The position numbers and the translations under genes are program-made. This document shows positions 7,327 to 17,700 of a DNA stretch of 27,641 bases, in pieces; within the stretch, counting starts at the first letter, position 1; every line of letters begins with the position of its first letter. The DNA comes from an uncultured virus (IMG/VR IMGVR_UViG_3300036761_000818) (Duplodnaviria > Heunggongvirae > Uroviricota > Caudoviricetes): the IMG/VR virus record IMGVR_UViG_3300036761_000818; one strand, given 5' to 3'. The notes below the pieces were generated by a model. It made no database searches and was not told the origin of the DNA. It was given only the letters and a program-made list of their open reading frames with translations.

Positions 7327-8663
7327 GATCTCTCCGTTCCGTACGGCGCGAACACAGGGAGCGTGACCTTGCCGCCGCCGGGGTTGGCTACTGTCCCGAT
7401 CTTCGGCTTCTGCGTCGTGTCCGTGTAGCCCGGGTCGTGGATCACGATGTCCTGGAGCCCGACCTCGGCGTCGTCTGGATCGGCCATCTGCTCGTGAATG
7501 CGGACGCCGAAGTTGCCAGCGTGGAGATCGTAGAGGACGACGCCGGTCGCCTCGAAGAGTGCGCTCATGGCGACGGCGACGTTCTTCAGAAACGCGAACC
7601 GCGAGATCGCTTCGCTGAACTTCTTCCGAATCAACTTGACATTGGCTTTCATCCTGTCGTTATGGTCCTTCTCCTGCCATTTTTCGCTCTTCTTCAGCTT
7701 CACCCCCGCGAATCTGATGAAGTCCCTGCCGTCGAGAGCGATGTCGCCCAAACTTCCGATCTCTTGGTGGATTCTGTCAGTGACCTTGTACTCGTACTTC
7801 TCCATCGCAGTCTTGAGCGGCAAGACCTCCTCGCGCGAGATGGCGTAGAGGTTGCTGTCTTTAGAGTGCTTGCTTGGGAAGGCGCCGACGGTGAACGCTT
7901 CTTCATGCTCTTCCTTCGTGAGCACGAGCTTCACGACGCCGAAGACGATCGCGAAGCCGAGCCGGTACTTGTCCCTGTCGGGGCCGCGCTTCGACTGCAT
8001 GGTTCCGAAGTAGGCTTGGTTGATCGCCTCGGAGTCGTCATAGGTGACTTTCAAGACCTGATCTTCGTGCTGCGTCTTGAACGCGCATCCGAACGCGCCT
8101 TTGCCGAGTTCATTCGAGAGTTCGAGGCCAGTGGCCTCCTCGATCTTGCTCTTCCACCGCCCTCCCATCACCAGCTTGCGGAAGCACTCATGCTTCCAGT
8201 TGTTGCCGTGCTCATCCTCGATGATTTGCGTGCGGCGGCGGTGCATCGGACCGACCGTAGGAAGCTCGGGATCGTGTGGTGGCGCTGGACGTGCTGGATT
8301 GCTCGCATACCACTTCTTGCTCTTGTCGGTCTTCACCCAATGCTCCTTGTACCCCTTGCCGAGATACGTTACGGCGAAGTGTCTTTTTGCCGCTGCCAGC
8401 GCCTTGCTCTCGCTTCCGCACTGATCGACCTCGAACTCCCGATCGTCAATCTCGCTGCCTATCGCAGTGAACGAGAACACTTCTTCGCCCGTGTCGTCCA
8501 TGGCCACTTCGATGCGGCCGACAGGGCGCCCTCTTTCCCTGCCTTCGGCGTCGTCGCCCGTGTACCACGCGAATATCTCTCCCGTGCCATCGCTTGCGTG
8601 CTCAAGAGGCCCGAAGGTGAGAGTCCAGTGCTCGCCGCGCCGAGGCCCCATCGGGTTCTTCAT
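7323..8663 (-). CDS. protein kinase-like (ePK/APH fold) protein with N-terminal extra domain, 446 aa
   Basis: GGAGG RBS before MKNPMG; LGKGAFGCAF, VLKVT, DLHAGNFG, IVIHDPG. Confidence 0.85.
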   Translation of the reverse strand: MKNPMGPRRGEHWTLTFGPLEHASDGTGEIFAWYTGDDAEGRERGRPVGRIEVAMDDTGEEVFSFTAIGSEIDDREFEVDQCGSESKALAAAKRHFAVTYLGKGYKEHWVKTDKSKKWYASNPARPAPPHDPELPTVGPMHRRRTQIIEDEHGNNWKHECFRKLVMGGRWKSKIEEATGLELSNELGKGAFGCAFKTQHEDQVLKVTYDDSEAINQAYFGTMQSKRGPDRDKYRLGFAIVFGVVKLVLTKEEHEEAFTVGAFPSKHSKDSNLYAISREEVLPLKTAMEKYEYKVTDRIHQEIGSLGDIALDGRDFIRFAGVKLKKSEKWQEKDHNDRMKANVKLIRKKFSEAISRFAFLKNVAVAMSALFEATGVVLYDLHAGNFGVRIHEQMADPDDAEVGLQDIVIHDPGYTDTTQKPKIGTVANPGGGKVTLPVFAPYGTERS

Positions 8664-8710
8664 ATCGAATCCTCCGTGGCGTTGTCGGACCCTCGATGTA
8701 GACTGAGGAT

Positions 8711-9103
8711 ATGGCCGACTGGACGCCCACTGCCGCAATCGACTTCGACGGGACGATCGTCGAACATGCGTGGCCCAACATTGGGAAGCTCAAGCCGGGG
8801 GCGAAGACCGCCGTGGCGAGGCTGAAGGATGCCGGGTTCCATATCCTCATCTTCACCTGCCGAGCGAACCCGCCCGACGGCGGCAAGTTCGATGATCCCG
8901 ACGCCACGAAGCTCAAGGACATGGTGCGGTTCTTGAAGGAGCACGACATCCCCTTCGACGACGTGTGGACCGGAGCAGGGAAGCCCTTCGCGACGGCGTA
9001 CGTTGACGACAAGGCGATCCGGTACGGCCCCACCGCTGGCGGGCTCGACTGGCCAGAGATCGCCGAGTTCTTGATCCAGAGTCGTCACGCGGCCGTCGCG
9101 TAG
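8711..9103 (+). CDS. capless HAD-superfamily phosphatase
   Basis: AIDFDGTIV (motif I), IFTCR (II), GKP (III), YVDDKA (IV); GAGG RBS. Confidence 0.88.
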   Translation: MADWTPTAAIDFDGTIVEHAWPNIGKLKPGAKTAVARLKDAGFHILIFTCRANPPDGGKFDDPDATKLKDMVRFLKEHDIPFDDVWTGAGKPFATAYVDDKAIRYGPTAGGLDWPEIAEFLIQSRHAAVA

Positions 9104-9105
9104 GT

Positions 9106-9480
9106 TCATCGCTTCTTCTTCCGGCCGTCCTTCGGCTTTCGAGGGGGCTTCGGCTCGTCCTTCGGCGGCGCTTCGGGCGCGTCCTCTTCGTCGCCGCCGT
9201 GCATCAGGCAAGGTCCGCGCCTGTGCGGCGTGTTGGTGCTGAAGAGGCAGCATCCCTCTTTCAGCACGACGCCTACGTTCTCCTCGACGCGCTTCGCGAC
9301 GATGCGGAAGCCTGATTCGAGGCACGATGGGCACGCGACGTAGAACCGACGATCGCAACCCTCGCAGCCCTTGTACGGTTTCACTTCGATGATCGCGAGC
9401 GGGATGTTGCACTCAGAGCAGACGAACGCGCTGTCGTACAAATGGACCTTGCGTGAGGCGTGGGGCTGCATGGGAATCAT
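9106..9480 (-). CDS. Cys-rich Zn-finger protein with basic tail
   Basis: CSEC, CEGC, CPSC, CC...CLMH; TGATG coupling. Confidence 0.7.
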   Translation of the reverse strand: MIPMQPHASRKVHLYDSAFVCSECNIPLAIIEVKPYKGCEGCDRRFYVACPSCLESGFRIVAKRVEENVGVVLKEGCCLFSTNTPHRRGPCLMHGGDEEDAPEAPPKDEPKPPRKPKDGRKKKR

Positions 9481-9887
9481 CACAGGTTCTCCTTGAGCCA
9501 GCGCGGAGGACGCGACCACTCCAGCGTGTTCGGCCCCCTGAAGTGTACTCGAACCCCCGACACGAGGAACGCTCCCTCGTTCGCATCCTCTTCGGTGTGA
9601 TCGACTACGAGCGCTGGCCCACCGATCGCGAGATGGCCGATCTCGTGTAAGATCAGGCCGAGCTTCCAGTTGAGGCCGAGGTCTTCCGTGGCTCCAGCGT
9701 AGCAGATGCACGCAAACCTATGTCCTACGTGCATATACTGCCGTTCGCTCTCCTCGTGTTCTCTGTCGGCGCGAGCGCACCGAGCGATCTGGACGCGCTT
9801 GAGCCACTGCGCATGGCCGCGCCTCCCCGGGACCACGATCCCTTTGCGGACGGCAAGGAAGAGCTTCCTGACGCTCGGAGGGCTCAT
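9480..9887 (-). CDS. HEXXH zincin-like metallopeptidase
   Basis: GLILHEIGHL followed by EEDAN; GGAGG RBS and ATGA overlap. Confidence 0.72.
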   Translation of the reverse strand: MSPPSVRKLFLAVRKGIVVPGRRGHAQWLKRVQIARCARADREHEESERQYMHVGHRFACICYAGATEDLGLNWKLGLILHEIGHLAIGGPALVVDHTEEDANEGAFLVSGVRVHFRGPNTLEWSRPPRWLKENL

Positions 9888-10255
9888 GGCGCCTCCAGGC
9901 TCAAGTCGATCGCCAGAGCGCTTCTGACGCCCTCCATAGCCATCGCAGCGAGCCGGTGGGAGCCGTCCACTGGTAGCCCGGAGGTCGCGTCCACGATGAG
10001 GTACGTTGTTCGGGCGAGAACCCAAGCCTGGGGGCGGTAGCGCGCGACGGCCACCCTCTCGGCGACATCGGATCGCTGGAACGACTGCGCGAGCGCGCCG
10101 CCGTTCTTCTCGTAGAGCCACGCTACGGGATCGACGTTGACGACGGCGAACTGCGTCCGCGCCCACTCCTCCGGCCGCACGTAGAGCCACAGCTTCGCCG
10201 TTGGCGAAGGAGGCGCCCCGAACCACGCTTCGGCAACGGAGAGGAAGCGCATCAT
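9884..10255 (-). CDS. ParB/Srx-like domain protein
   Basis: LIVD...PVDGSHRLAAMAMEG motif; ATGA coupling. Confidence 0.65.
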   Translation of the reverse strand: MMRFLSVAEAWFGAPPSPTAKLWLYVRPEEWARTQFAVVNVDPVAWLYEKNGGALAQSFQRSDVAERVAVARYRPQAWVLARTTYLIVDATSGLPVDGSHRLAAMAMEGVRSALAIDLSLEAP

Positions 10256-10767
10256 TCGGACATCAGGAACTTGAGCGCGGCCTTCTGGTCCTTCTTCGTG
10301 ATCCTCACGTCGTTGTCGAAACCCCAATCCACGGCGGTATCGACTGCGGCTTGCGCCGCGTCCAGGCGCGTCTTGTACGGTCCGTCGTCGCTGAACGATT
10401 CGAGGACGTGCGGGGAGTCCATGCTCGCCACGACGAACCACCCCGCGCGCCTCTTCTTCACGTCAACGTACACTCCGGCCTCTCCGTCGCCGAGGTACGC
10501 CGCGGTGTCCATGTCCGCTCCGGTCCTGCCACGCGGGTTTCTCTTGGTGGGCTGCGCCCACGAGGCGTTCTGGTCGGGGTCGAGCCCCCAGGAGCGGACA
10601 AGGGTGCTCTTGGCGACGACCCTGTGCGCCCAGGTCTTCGGCAGGTTGTCGCGGGTGTGCTCCTTCGCGTCTTCCTTGAACTCCCACCCCGTTTCGACAA
10701 ACCACGGGGCGTCGAGTTCGGAGACGAGAACGTACCACTTGTAGCCCTTCTGATTGATCTTGCGCAC
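10252..10767 (-). CDS. two-module hypothetical protein split by KRNP
   Basis: GAGGAG RBS plus GTG; continuous ORF coupled to the next gene. Confidence 0.7.
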   Translation of the reverse strand: MRKINQKGYKWYVLVSELDAPWFVETGWEFKEDAKEHTRDNLPKTWAHRVVAKSTLVRSWGLDPDQNASWAQPTKRNPRGRTGADMDTAAYLGDGEAGVYVDVKKRRAGWFVVASMDSPHVLESFSDDGPYKTRLDAAQAAVDTAVDWGFDNDVRITKKDQKAALKFLMSE

Positions 10768-10784
10768 TTCAGGCTCCTCTTATA

Positions 10785-13700
10785 TTAGCCGTTGACCCTC
10801 GGAATGCCCTTCTCGACCTTCTCGCCCTCTTCGCCCGTCGGCGTGTGCCCCGGGTCGAAGATCACGACCATCCCAAGGCCATCGTCGCCGCCGTCGCCGG
10901 TCATTCCGCGCTGCGTCCTGACGCCGACGTTACCCGCGTGAACGTCGAGGAGAGGCGTCCCTTCGGCCTCCAGAACTTCCATGATCTGACCGACATATGG
11001 GAACCCGTCGCTGATGTTGTTGAGCGCGTTGCGCATGTTTTCCAGCGCCATGTCCTTCATGTGTTCTGTCTTGAACGCAACGAAGCGGCGGGATTCGATC
11101 TGGTACGATTGGAGCCCACTGAGCGCTCTGGCGACGAGGCGCGCATCGGTGTTGGGCGAGAGCCGCGGAGCGCCTTCTATCATCGCTCTGCCGTAGATCG
11201 ACCAGAGGTCGAGGAACGGCGTGACCTCCTCGCGCACGATCGCGTAGACGGGCCACGTCTTCCCGCGAAACGAGATGTTTGGCTCAAGTCGGAAGACGCC
11301 CCTCACGATGGCGAAACCCTCGAACCCGTAGTCGCCAACTTCCTGCCGCTTCCCGACCATCGCTTGCATGGGGCCTTCGGTCGGGTCGCGCGTGATCTTG
11401 AGAACCCACCGGCCGCTCTTGAACGCGAACGCGCAGCCGTAGTGGCCGCAGCCGAGCATCTTGCTCCAGTCGATGCTCTCGCCTTCGGGGAAGAGCTTCG
11501 ATACCTGTGAGACGATCCGCTTGCGGAACTCGCTGCTCTTGACGAGGTTCGTGACCCACCCAGGAGCCTTCTCGGGGTTGGCCGATGCCCCGTGCGACAT
11601 CTTTCGGAACTCCGCGATGTCTCCGACGAACCCGCCCGCGCTCGAAGGGTCTTCGTCTGCCATGAGTCCGTAGACCTCCGGCTCTGGCCGATCGGCGGAA
11701 GAGGACGGAGCGATGTCGGTCACGCGATAGACCAGCGCATCGTTCCCGAGATGCTGGATCGTGTCGCCGATGCGCACGTCAGACGCGCGCATGGTGCCGT
11801 ACTTCGCTTGCCCGGCACGGATGGCGGCGGCGGATTCATCTTCCTCGCGTTGACGGGCCGTCGCCTTCGTCTGCCTCTCGCCCTCGCGTGCCTTCTCGCG
11901 TCGAGCGACCTCGGGGTCGTCCACTGCCGTCCATGCGGCGTCGAGCGCATAGAACTTCCCTTCGCCCTGGACTGGCGCTGCGCCGTGGGCGGTTGCACCC
12001 CCGGTGAGCCGCACGCGGATCGCGCCCTTCCCGCGCCCGCGGGTCTGCCGCTCGACCACGCCCATCACCCGTGCAGGGGCGCCTCCGAAGCCGCGCGACA
12101 TCTGGTAGACCCGATCACCTTCTTCCGGCACCTTGCGGCCGTCGGGGTAGGTTGGGTTCATCCCGCAAGAGCACGGATTCTGCTCGCAGGAGCACGGATT
12201 CTGCTTCCAGTCGGCCATGACGAGAGGCTTCGCCGCTTTCTTCTCGAACTCGCGCTTCTCGTCTTCGGTGAAGAAGTCGAAGAACTTCTGCACCTGCCGC
12301 GTCGTCCCGCCTTCCTGCTTCACGAGCGCGGCGAGGTAGCGCATGAGCGTCGATGACTTCACGTTGTCGAGCGTGGCTGCGGCGAGAGCGGCGGGCTTCG
12401 GGAGCCTCCACTCCGCAGCGAACTTCTCTTCCAGCTTCTCGTTCATGTGGACGACGTATCCAGAGGAGATGACCTCCTCCGTCTTGAGGATGTTGACGGG
12501 CTTGCCCTTCGTGCAGAACGTGTACTTGACGCGACCGCACATCGATCCGCCAACTTCGCCGCTTACCTCCTGCACTTCCGAGCAGGTGTCGTCCTCTTCT
12601 TGGCACTTCTCAAGGAAGTCGTTGGCCGTAGCGATGGTTTCGACATCGACGCCTTCTACGTCTACGCACCGATCTCGTCTACTCGACTCTTGGTCGCAAT
12701 TCTCGTCGCCCTCGACGACCTCGGCGAAGCCCCTCTCGACCTGATCTTTCCACCATCGCTCGGCGAGTTGCGAGCGACCTCCGACCGGCGACGAGACGCA
12801 GAGGCCACCGACTTCCTGTGCTTCCTGGAGGCCGCGCTCGGTCGCCTCGTCGTCGGTGAGGAGCGACGCATAGCCCGCGGTGAGCGCGAGCCCCGAGTAG
12901 AGGAGGAAGCCCTGCCCGGCGCCCTTCTCTACCACGCCCTTCGGCGTGTGCGTGCGGAGGCACCCCGTCTGGCCGACCGGATCATCGAAGTAGCCGACGC
13001 CAACGACATCGAACTCGCCTTCGTCGGCAGCGTCGATCGGGTCGATGATGTTGACCTGGGACTTCTTGATGTCCCACATGACGCTGTAGAACTTCGGCAG
13101 CTTCTTCGACGGGTTGAGGAGCGTCGCGATGTAGACGTACGCATCGGCGTCTACGTCTTCTTCGCTGCTGTTCTCCTCCCATCGCATCTCGCTTTTCGGG
13201 ATGTGCTGCTCGATGATCTTGTGGCCGATCTCCTTGAGCATCTGGCTCCCCGTGAACCCACGACCCTTCGGGTCGAGCCAGAACGACGAGCCGCCCGTCG
13301 TGATCTTCGTCCACGTCCGCTTCTTGCCGCGGAACGTGTCCTCGATCGTGTGCCCGTCGGGAAGCGCGGCGAGCGCGGCGTCCACGCGCCGCTCGCGGGA
13401 GGCTTCCTGGTGGCCGACCTTCAGGAGCGTCTCCTGCGGCGTCTCGGGGTTCCTCACGGTTCGCTTCCATTCTCTTCCCATGGCGGTCAAGTCCTTTGAG
13501 TGCTCCACCTTGCGGAAGTGCGTCCTGGCGTACTCCAGGAGCTTCGCGGCATATCCTTGCCGCCTGTAGTTCTCGTCGGTGAAGACCTCTTTGATGACGG
13601 CCGATTGCTCGTTGTTCCACCGGCGACCAGCGCGCAGCGACAGACCGGAGATCGCTCGATCGTCGCCCTCTTCCGCCACGAAGCGTATCAGGTGGAAACT

Positions 13701-14108
13701 GTTGCTGCGACAGGCTTCATGGACGATATGCGGATTCCCTGTGCGGATGCTGCGGATGTCCGTCTCGCGCTCGCACTCGCTCAGTTCTGAGATGGGACCG
13801 AGGAGCCCCGGGAACCAACCCTCGTCCACGGTTTGCATCGGCGCCGCCTTCACGGGCGGCTTCCCCGTGCGCGGGTCGAGCTTGAGCTTCTTCCGAAGCT
13901 CCCATCTCGCGGCGAAGAGGACGCCGTGCCTCTCGCTGATCGCGGAGAGGCGCTCATCTACCTCTTGAGGGGGCTCGTAGTCCTTCGGCCATCGTAGACC
14001 GAACGCCGTCGCGACAGCGCCGTGCCCCAAGAGGAGCGTCTTCTCTTCGGCATCGAGCTTCGCAAGCTCGGTATCGATGACGGCAAGCTGTTCGCGATCG
14101 TCACTCAT
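10785..14108 (-). CDS. 1107-aa polyvalent polyprotein: GNAT, GNAT-like, unknown modules and C-terminal kinase
   Basis: GNAT motif A VFTDENYRRQGYAAKLL; second GNAT-like KGAGQGFLLY...RSQLAERWW; kinase LGCGHYGCAF/VLKIT/DVHAGNVG/VIFDPG; seven NP dipeptides. Confidence 0.85.
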   Translation of the reverse strand: MSDDREQLAVIDTELAKLDAEEKTLLLGHGAVATAFGLRWPKDYEPPQEVDERLSAISERHGVLFAARWELRKKLKLDPRTGKPPVKAAPMQTVDEGWFPGLLGPISELSECERETDIRSIRTGNPHIVHEACRSNSFHLIRFVAEEGDDRAISGLSLRAGRRWNNEQSAVIKEVFTDENYRRQGYAAKLLEYARTHFRKVEHSKDLTAMGREWKRTVRNPETPQETLLKVGHQEASRERRVDAALAALPDGHTIEDTFRGKKRTWTKITTGGSSFWLDPKGRGFTGSQMLKEIGHKIIEQHIPKSEMRWEENSSEEDVDADAYVYIATLLNPSKKLPKFYSVMWDIKKSQVNIIDPIDAADEGEFDVVGVGYFDDPVGQTGCLRTHTPKGVVEKGAGQGFLLYSGLALTAGYASLLTDDEATERGLQEAQEVGGLCVSSPVGGRSQLAERWWKDQVERGFAEVVEGDENCDQESSRRDRCVDVEGVDVETIATANDFLEKCQEEDDTCSEVQEVSGEVGGSMCGRVKYTFCTKGKPVNILKTEEVISSGYVVHMNEKLEEKFAAEWRLPKPAALAAATLDNVKSSTLMRYLAALVKQEGGTTRQVQKFFDFFTEDEKREFEKKAAKPLVMADWKQNPCSCEQNPCSCGMNPTYPDGRKVPEEGDRVYQMSRGFGGAPARVMGVVERQTRGRGKGAIRVRLTGGATAHGAAPVQGEGKFYALDAAWTAVDDPEVARREKAREGERQTKATARQREEDESAAAIRAGQAKYGTMRASDVRIGDTIQHLGNDALVYRVTDIAPSSSADRPEPEVYGLMADEDPSSAGGFVGDIAEFRKMSHGASANPEKAPGWVTNLVKSSEFRKRIVSQVSKLFPEGESIDWSKMLGCGHYGCAFAFKSGRWVLKITRDPTEGPMQAMVGKRQEVGDYGFEGFAIVRGVFRLEPNISFRGKTWPVYAIVREEVTPFLDLWSIYGRAMIEGAPRLSPNTDARLVARALSGLQSYQIESRRFVAFKTEHMKDMALENMRNALNNISDGFPYVGQIMEVLEAEGTPLLDVHAGNVGVRTQRGMTGDGGDDGLGMVVIFDPGHTPTGEEGEKVEKGIPRVNG

Positions 14109-14111
14109 CCC

Positions 14112-14735
14112 TCAAGGCCCCGTCCGAAAGCCCTTGGCGAAGTCGAGCAGCAAGCCGTACGACCCGGCTGCTGCTCCGACTCCGACGAGCACGCTGTTCT
14201 GCGGCTTCACGCCAAGCATGTACGCAAGCCCTCCCGCCACCGCGCCGATGCCGATGAAGACCGCGTACGGTGCGCGCGGAACGTCTTCGGGTGTGGCCTT
14301 CGGCCTCATCATCTGCTCTTCGTAGACGGCCTGTGCCTGGGCGGCTTGCCATTCTGCGGACATCGGCGGCATCGGGACCGGCCTCCGGGCTTCAGGCGGC
14401 AGCATCGAGATGATGCCGTTCAACTCGGCATTATCGACGATCCCGTGGGCGCTCTTGAAGATGTGGAGGAGTTGCTCGGCGATCGTCTCCCCTGGCTTCT
14501 CGTTGAACGTGACGAGCCACGTCCCGCCGCCCATCGCGCTCGCAAGCTGGATGTTGAACGGGTTGGGCTGTCCCTCGATGAACTGGAAGTCCTTGATCGC
14601 GTCCTCGGCGTTGACGCCCGGCGCAAAGGTGACGATGAGGTTGCCGAGGACACGCGGCAACCTCGGAACGTCTGGCAACGCATGGAGCGTGTCCAGAACG
14701 AACGGCATTTGACCGAGCTTCGTATAGCCGCCCAT
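14112..14735 (-). CDS. membrane protein with C-terminal TM hairpin
   Basis: YAVFIGIGAVAGGLAYML and VLVGVGAAAGSYGLLL; abuts the SNF2 stop. Confidence 0.75.
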   Translation of the reverse strand: MGGYTKLGQMPFVLDTLHALPDVPRLPRVLGNLIVTFAPGVNAEDAIKDFQFIEGQPNPFNIQLASAMGGGTWLVTFNEKPGETIAEQLLHIFKSAHGIVDNAELNGIISMLPPEARRPVPMPPMSAEWQAAQAQAVYEEQMMRPKATPEDVPRAPYAVFIGIGAVAGGLAYMLGVKPQNSVLVGVGAAAGSYGLLLDFAKGFRTGP

Positions 14736-17700
14736 TTACCCCTCCACACGAATCCAAGAGAAGCCGTTCAAGCTGGCCCAATCGGCAGCTTCCTCTGGCT
14801 CGTACAGCGCCTTCGGGAACTCGAACCGTTGGACAGCCGACCCTTCTCCGTTTTTGCTCTCGTACACAAACGTCCGCACGTCTTCCTGCCCCGTGATCCC
14901 CTCCGAGAGCTTCCTGCCGCGGATGGGCTCGACGACGACGACGTGCCACATTCCCTGCTCGTGTGGGTTCTTCCCGGCGCCCGGCGCGGCGCCGACCTGT
15001 CGGCGGTACTTCGACGCGAGCTTGATCGCAGCCGCCCACTGCTTGTCCGTGAGCCCTCCCTTGGTCCTGATCTGCTCGGCGAGCGAATGGCCGAAGTCTC
15101 CGTCGAACTTCGAGAACCCCATGTCGTTGCGCTGGCACGCGCGATCCTGATCGCACGCTGCAAGCGAGGCGAGCGCGCCAGCGGCCCACTTCTCGACGGC
15201 CGTGTTCGCAGGGTGCGCCCCACCGGGCCTCGGCGCTGGAGGGCCACCGCCCGACGTTCGCTTGCCACGGACTTCGGCTGGCTCGTTGAGGACTCCGTAC
15301 TTCGAGAGCATCCTGTCGGCTGCGGCCCACTGCTTGTCGGTGAGCCCGCCGCGCAGGAGGTCGCGGTAGATCGATGCGCCGAAGTCCTGGTCGCCCGGCG
15401 ACCCGAACGAGCGCTTGGCGATCTCCGCGAGCATGAACCCGATCTCCTCTTCGCGTGCGGTCACTCCCTTGCGGCGAACCGACGCCACGCCGGGCGCAGG
15501 TGCGGGCGCAGGTGCGGGCGGGCGCTCCGGCGCCGGTGGGGGCGCCGGAGCGCGTGGAGGCACCGGAGCGCGCGTGGGCGCGGGTGGCGGCGCCCCTGGG
15601 CGCGTGAGTTGCGGAGGCGCTCCGACGCGCGTGGGCTCTGGCACCGGGCGCAACAGCACCGGCGCTTCATCGTCGCCACACGCCCCCTCGGCCTCCAACG
15701 CGAGCTTGGCGGCGCCCTCAAGGTCGTCAGCCTCGGTGACGAGGACCGCCTCCGGGTCCATCGACGCGGCGCCGATCACGGCTTCGATCAGTTCGATCTT
15801 CTTCTTGTTGATAGCGGCGATCTTCCGGTCCATCTCGTGGTCTGCGACGAGCACCTTGATCGTCACGTTCTTGAACTGGCCGATGCGGTGGATACGGTCC
15901 TGCGCCTGAAGGTTGAGCGCTGGCGTCCACGTCTCCTCGATGAAGATCGCGGTGGTCGCGCGCGTGAGCGTGATCGCGACGCCAGAGGCGCCGATCGTGC
16001 CCGCGACGCCGCGGAGGTTCCCGCGCTGGAACGTCTCCTCGATTGCGCTCCGCTTCCTCGGGCTGATCGCGCCGGTGATGAGCGCCCATCCGCCCGCCTC
16101 ACGGCCGAACTTCTCGTAGATGGCCTGGACGGGCTCGATGTGGTCTGCGAAGACGACGATCGGCTCGCCGCGGTCCACGTACTCCTGCACGATCCGCAGC
16201 GCCGCCGGAATCTTCGCGTTCGCGAGGATGGCGCGCACCTTCGATAGCTCGTTGAAGGGGATGAAGTCCTGCGCTCGGCCGTGCGCGTACTCCTGCGCTT
16301 CCTTGAGCCGCGTTGCCTCGTCTGGCTCCTCTTCCTCCTCCCCGCCCTCGTCTACCTCCTCTCCCTTCTCCTGCGCCTTCTTCTGGCGCTTCTCCAACGC
16401 CTTCGCACGCTTCTCGTCGGCCTTGATGTACTTCTCCTGCTCCCCCTCGAAGAGATCCTCGAATCGTTCTTGCCGACCCTTCTCGACATCGGCGAGGAGT
16501 GCGTCGAGCGCCTCCTTGTCCTCGGGCTTGATCCTGACGGCGACGTGCTCGCGTGTCTTGGGCGGAAGCTCCTTGAGCACGGCATGTTTCGAGTACCGAA
16601 ACATGCAGCGCTTGAGAAGCTCGGGAACGCTCGGATGTGGAGTCCACGTTCCATCGCGGTTCTGACGGAAGAGGCTGTCGAACCGCTTCCGCGTCCCGAA
16701 CACGTCCTTCGCGCAGCCCGTCGCGACAAGGACGGCCCATAGCTCGGTGGGCTCGTTCAACATCGGCGTGCCGGTGAGGAGCCACGACCGGCCCTTCTCA
16801 GCGCGCACGTACTCGGCAAGCGCGCGGAACCTGCGGGCACGGTTCGACATCTTCGCCGACTTCCGCGTCCTGACGATGTGCGCCTCGTCGGCGATGAGGA
16901 CCGTTCCCTCTGGAGGGGGCGTGACCGGGCTCATGCCAGAGAGGCGCTCGGCCTGTGCAACCTCCGTAGCGCCTACGAGTTCCGTCTCCCCTTCTTCGGC
17001 GCCGGGAGGCGTCCATCGGAACGACTCCGGCTTCCCTCTCCGCTCCCACTCATCAAGGAGCGAGATGGCGTCGGCGTGCTCCGATGGCGTCACGGGGAGG
17101 ATGTCGTAGTTCGTGATGACGATCTCGCCGGGCCTCGGCCAGACGAAGCTCCCGCGCCCTTCGAGGACGGTGATGCCCTGCTCGGGCTCAAGGTAGTCGA
17201 GCCCCGCGCGCGTGCGAACGCTGCACGAGCCATAGTCGGGGCGCCAGTTGCAGATTTCGCGCAGCCAGACGCCCTTCGCCACGGCGGGCGAGATCACGAG
17301 AACCGGCGCATTGTTGGGGAGCGCGACGAGCGAGATGATCGTCTTGCCGAGCCCCGGATCATGACCGAGGAGGCCCGTCTTCCGCGCCGAGAGCCACTGG
17401 ATCGACTTCCTCTGGTAGTCGTAGAGCTTGAGGTTGCGCTTGGCGAGGAGCTTGTTCGTGATGTCGGCGCGCTCGTCTGCGCCCTCGACATCGGCTCTCG
17501 CCTCTTCGGCCTTCTCCTGGAGGCGCGCCGTGAGCTTCGGGTCGATGACCTTCACGTCGAACCCGGCGTCCTGCACCGCCTTGATGAGCGCTGGCACGCT
17601 TCGGACCTCGCCCACCTGCGCCTGGAAGTCGGGGTTCCAGAAGAACCCGACGGCCTTCGCTGCGTTGAGGTAGCGGTCGAAGTCCTCGCGCGGAACCTTG

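Noticed and set aside
14022..16247. Long + strand ORFs (also 5459-6868, 7437-8825, 12447-13499, 18277-19647, 19774-21057)
   Set aside because: Antisense shadows of motif-bearing minus-strand genes, typical of high-GC DNA; no motifs of their own.
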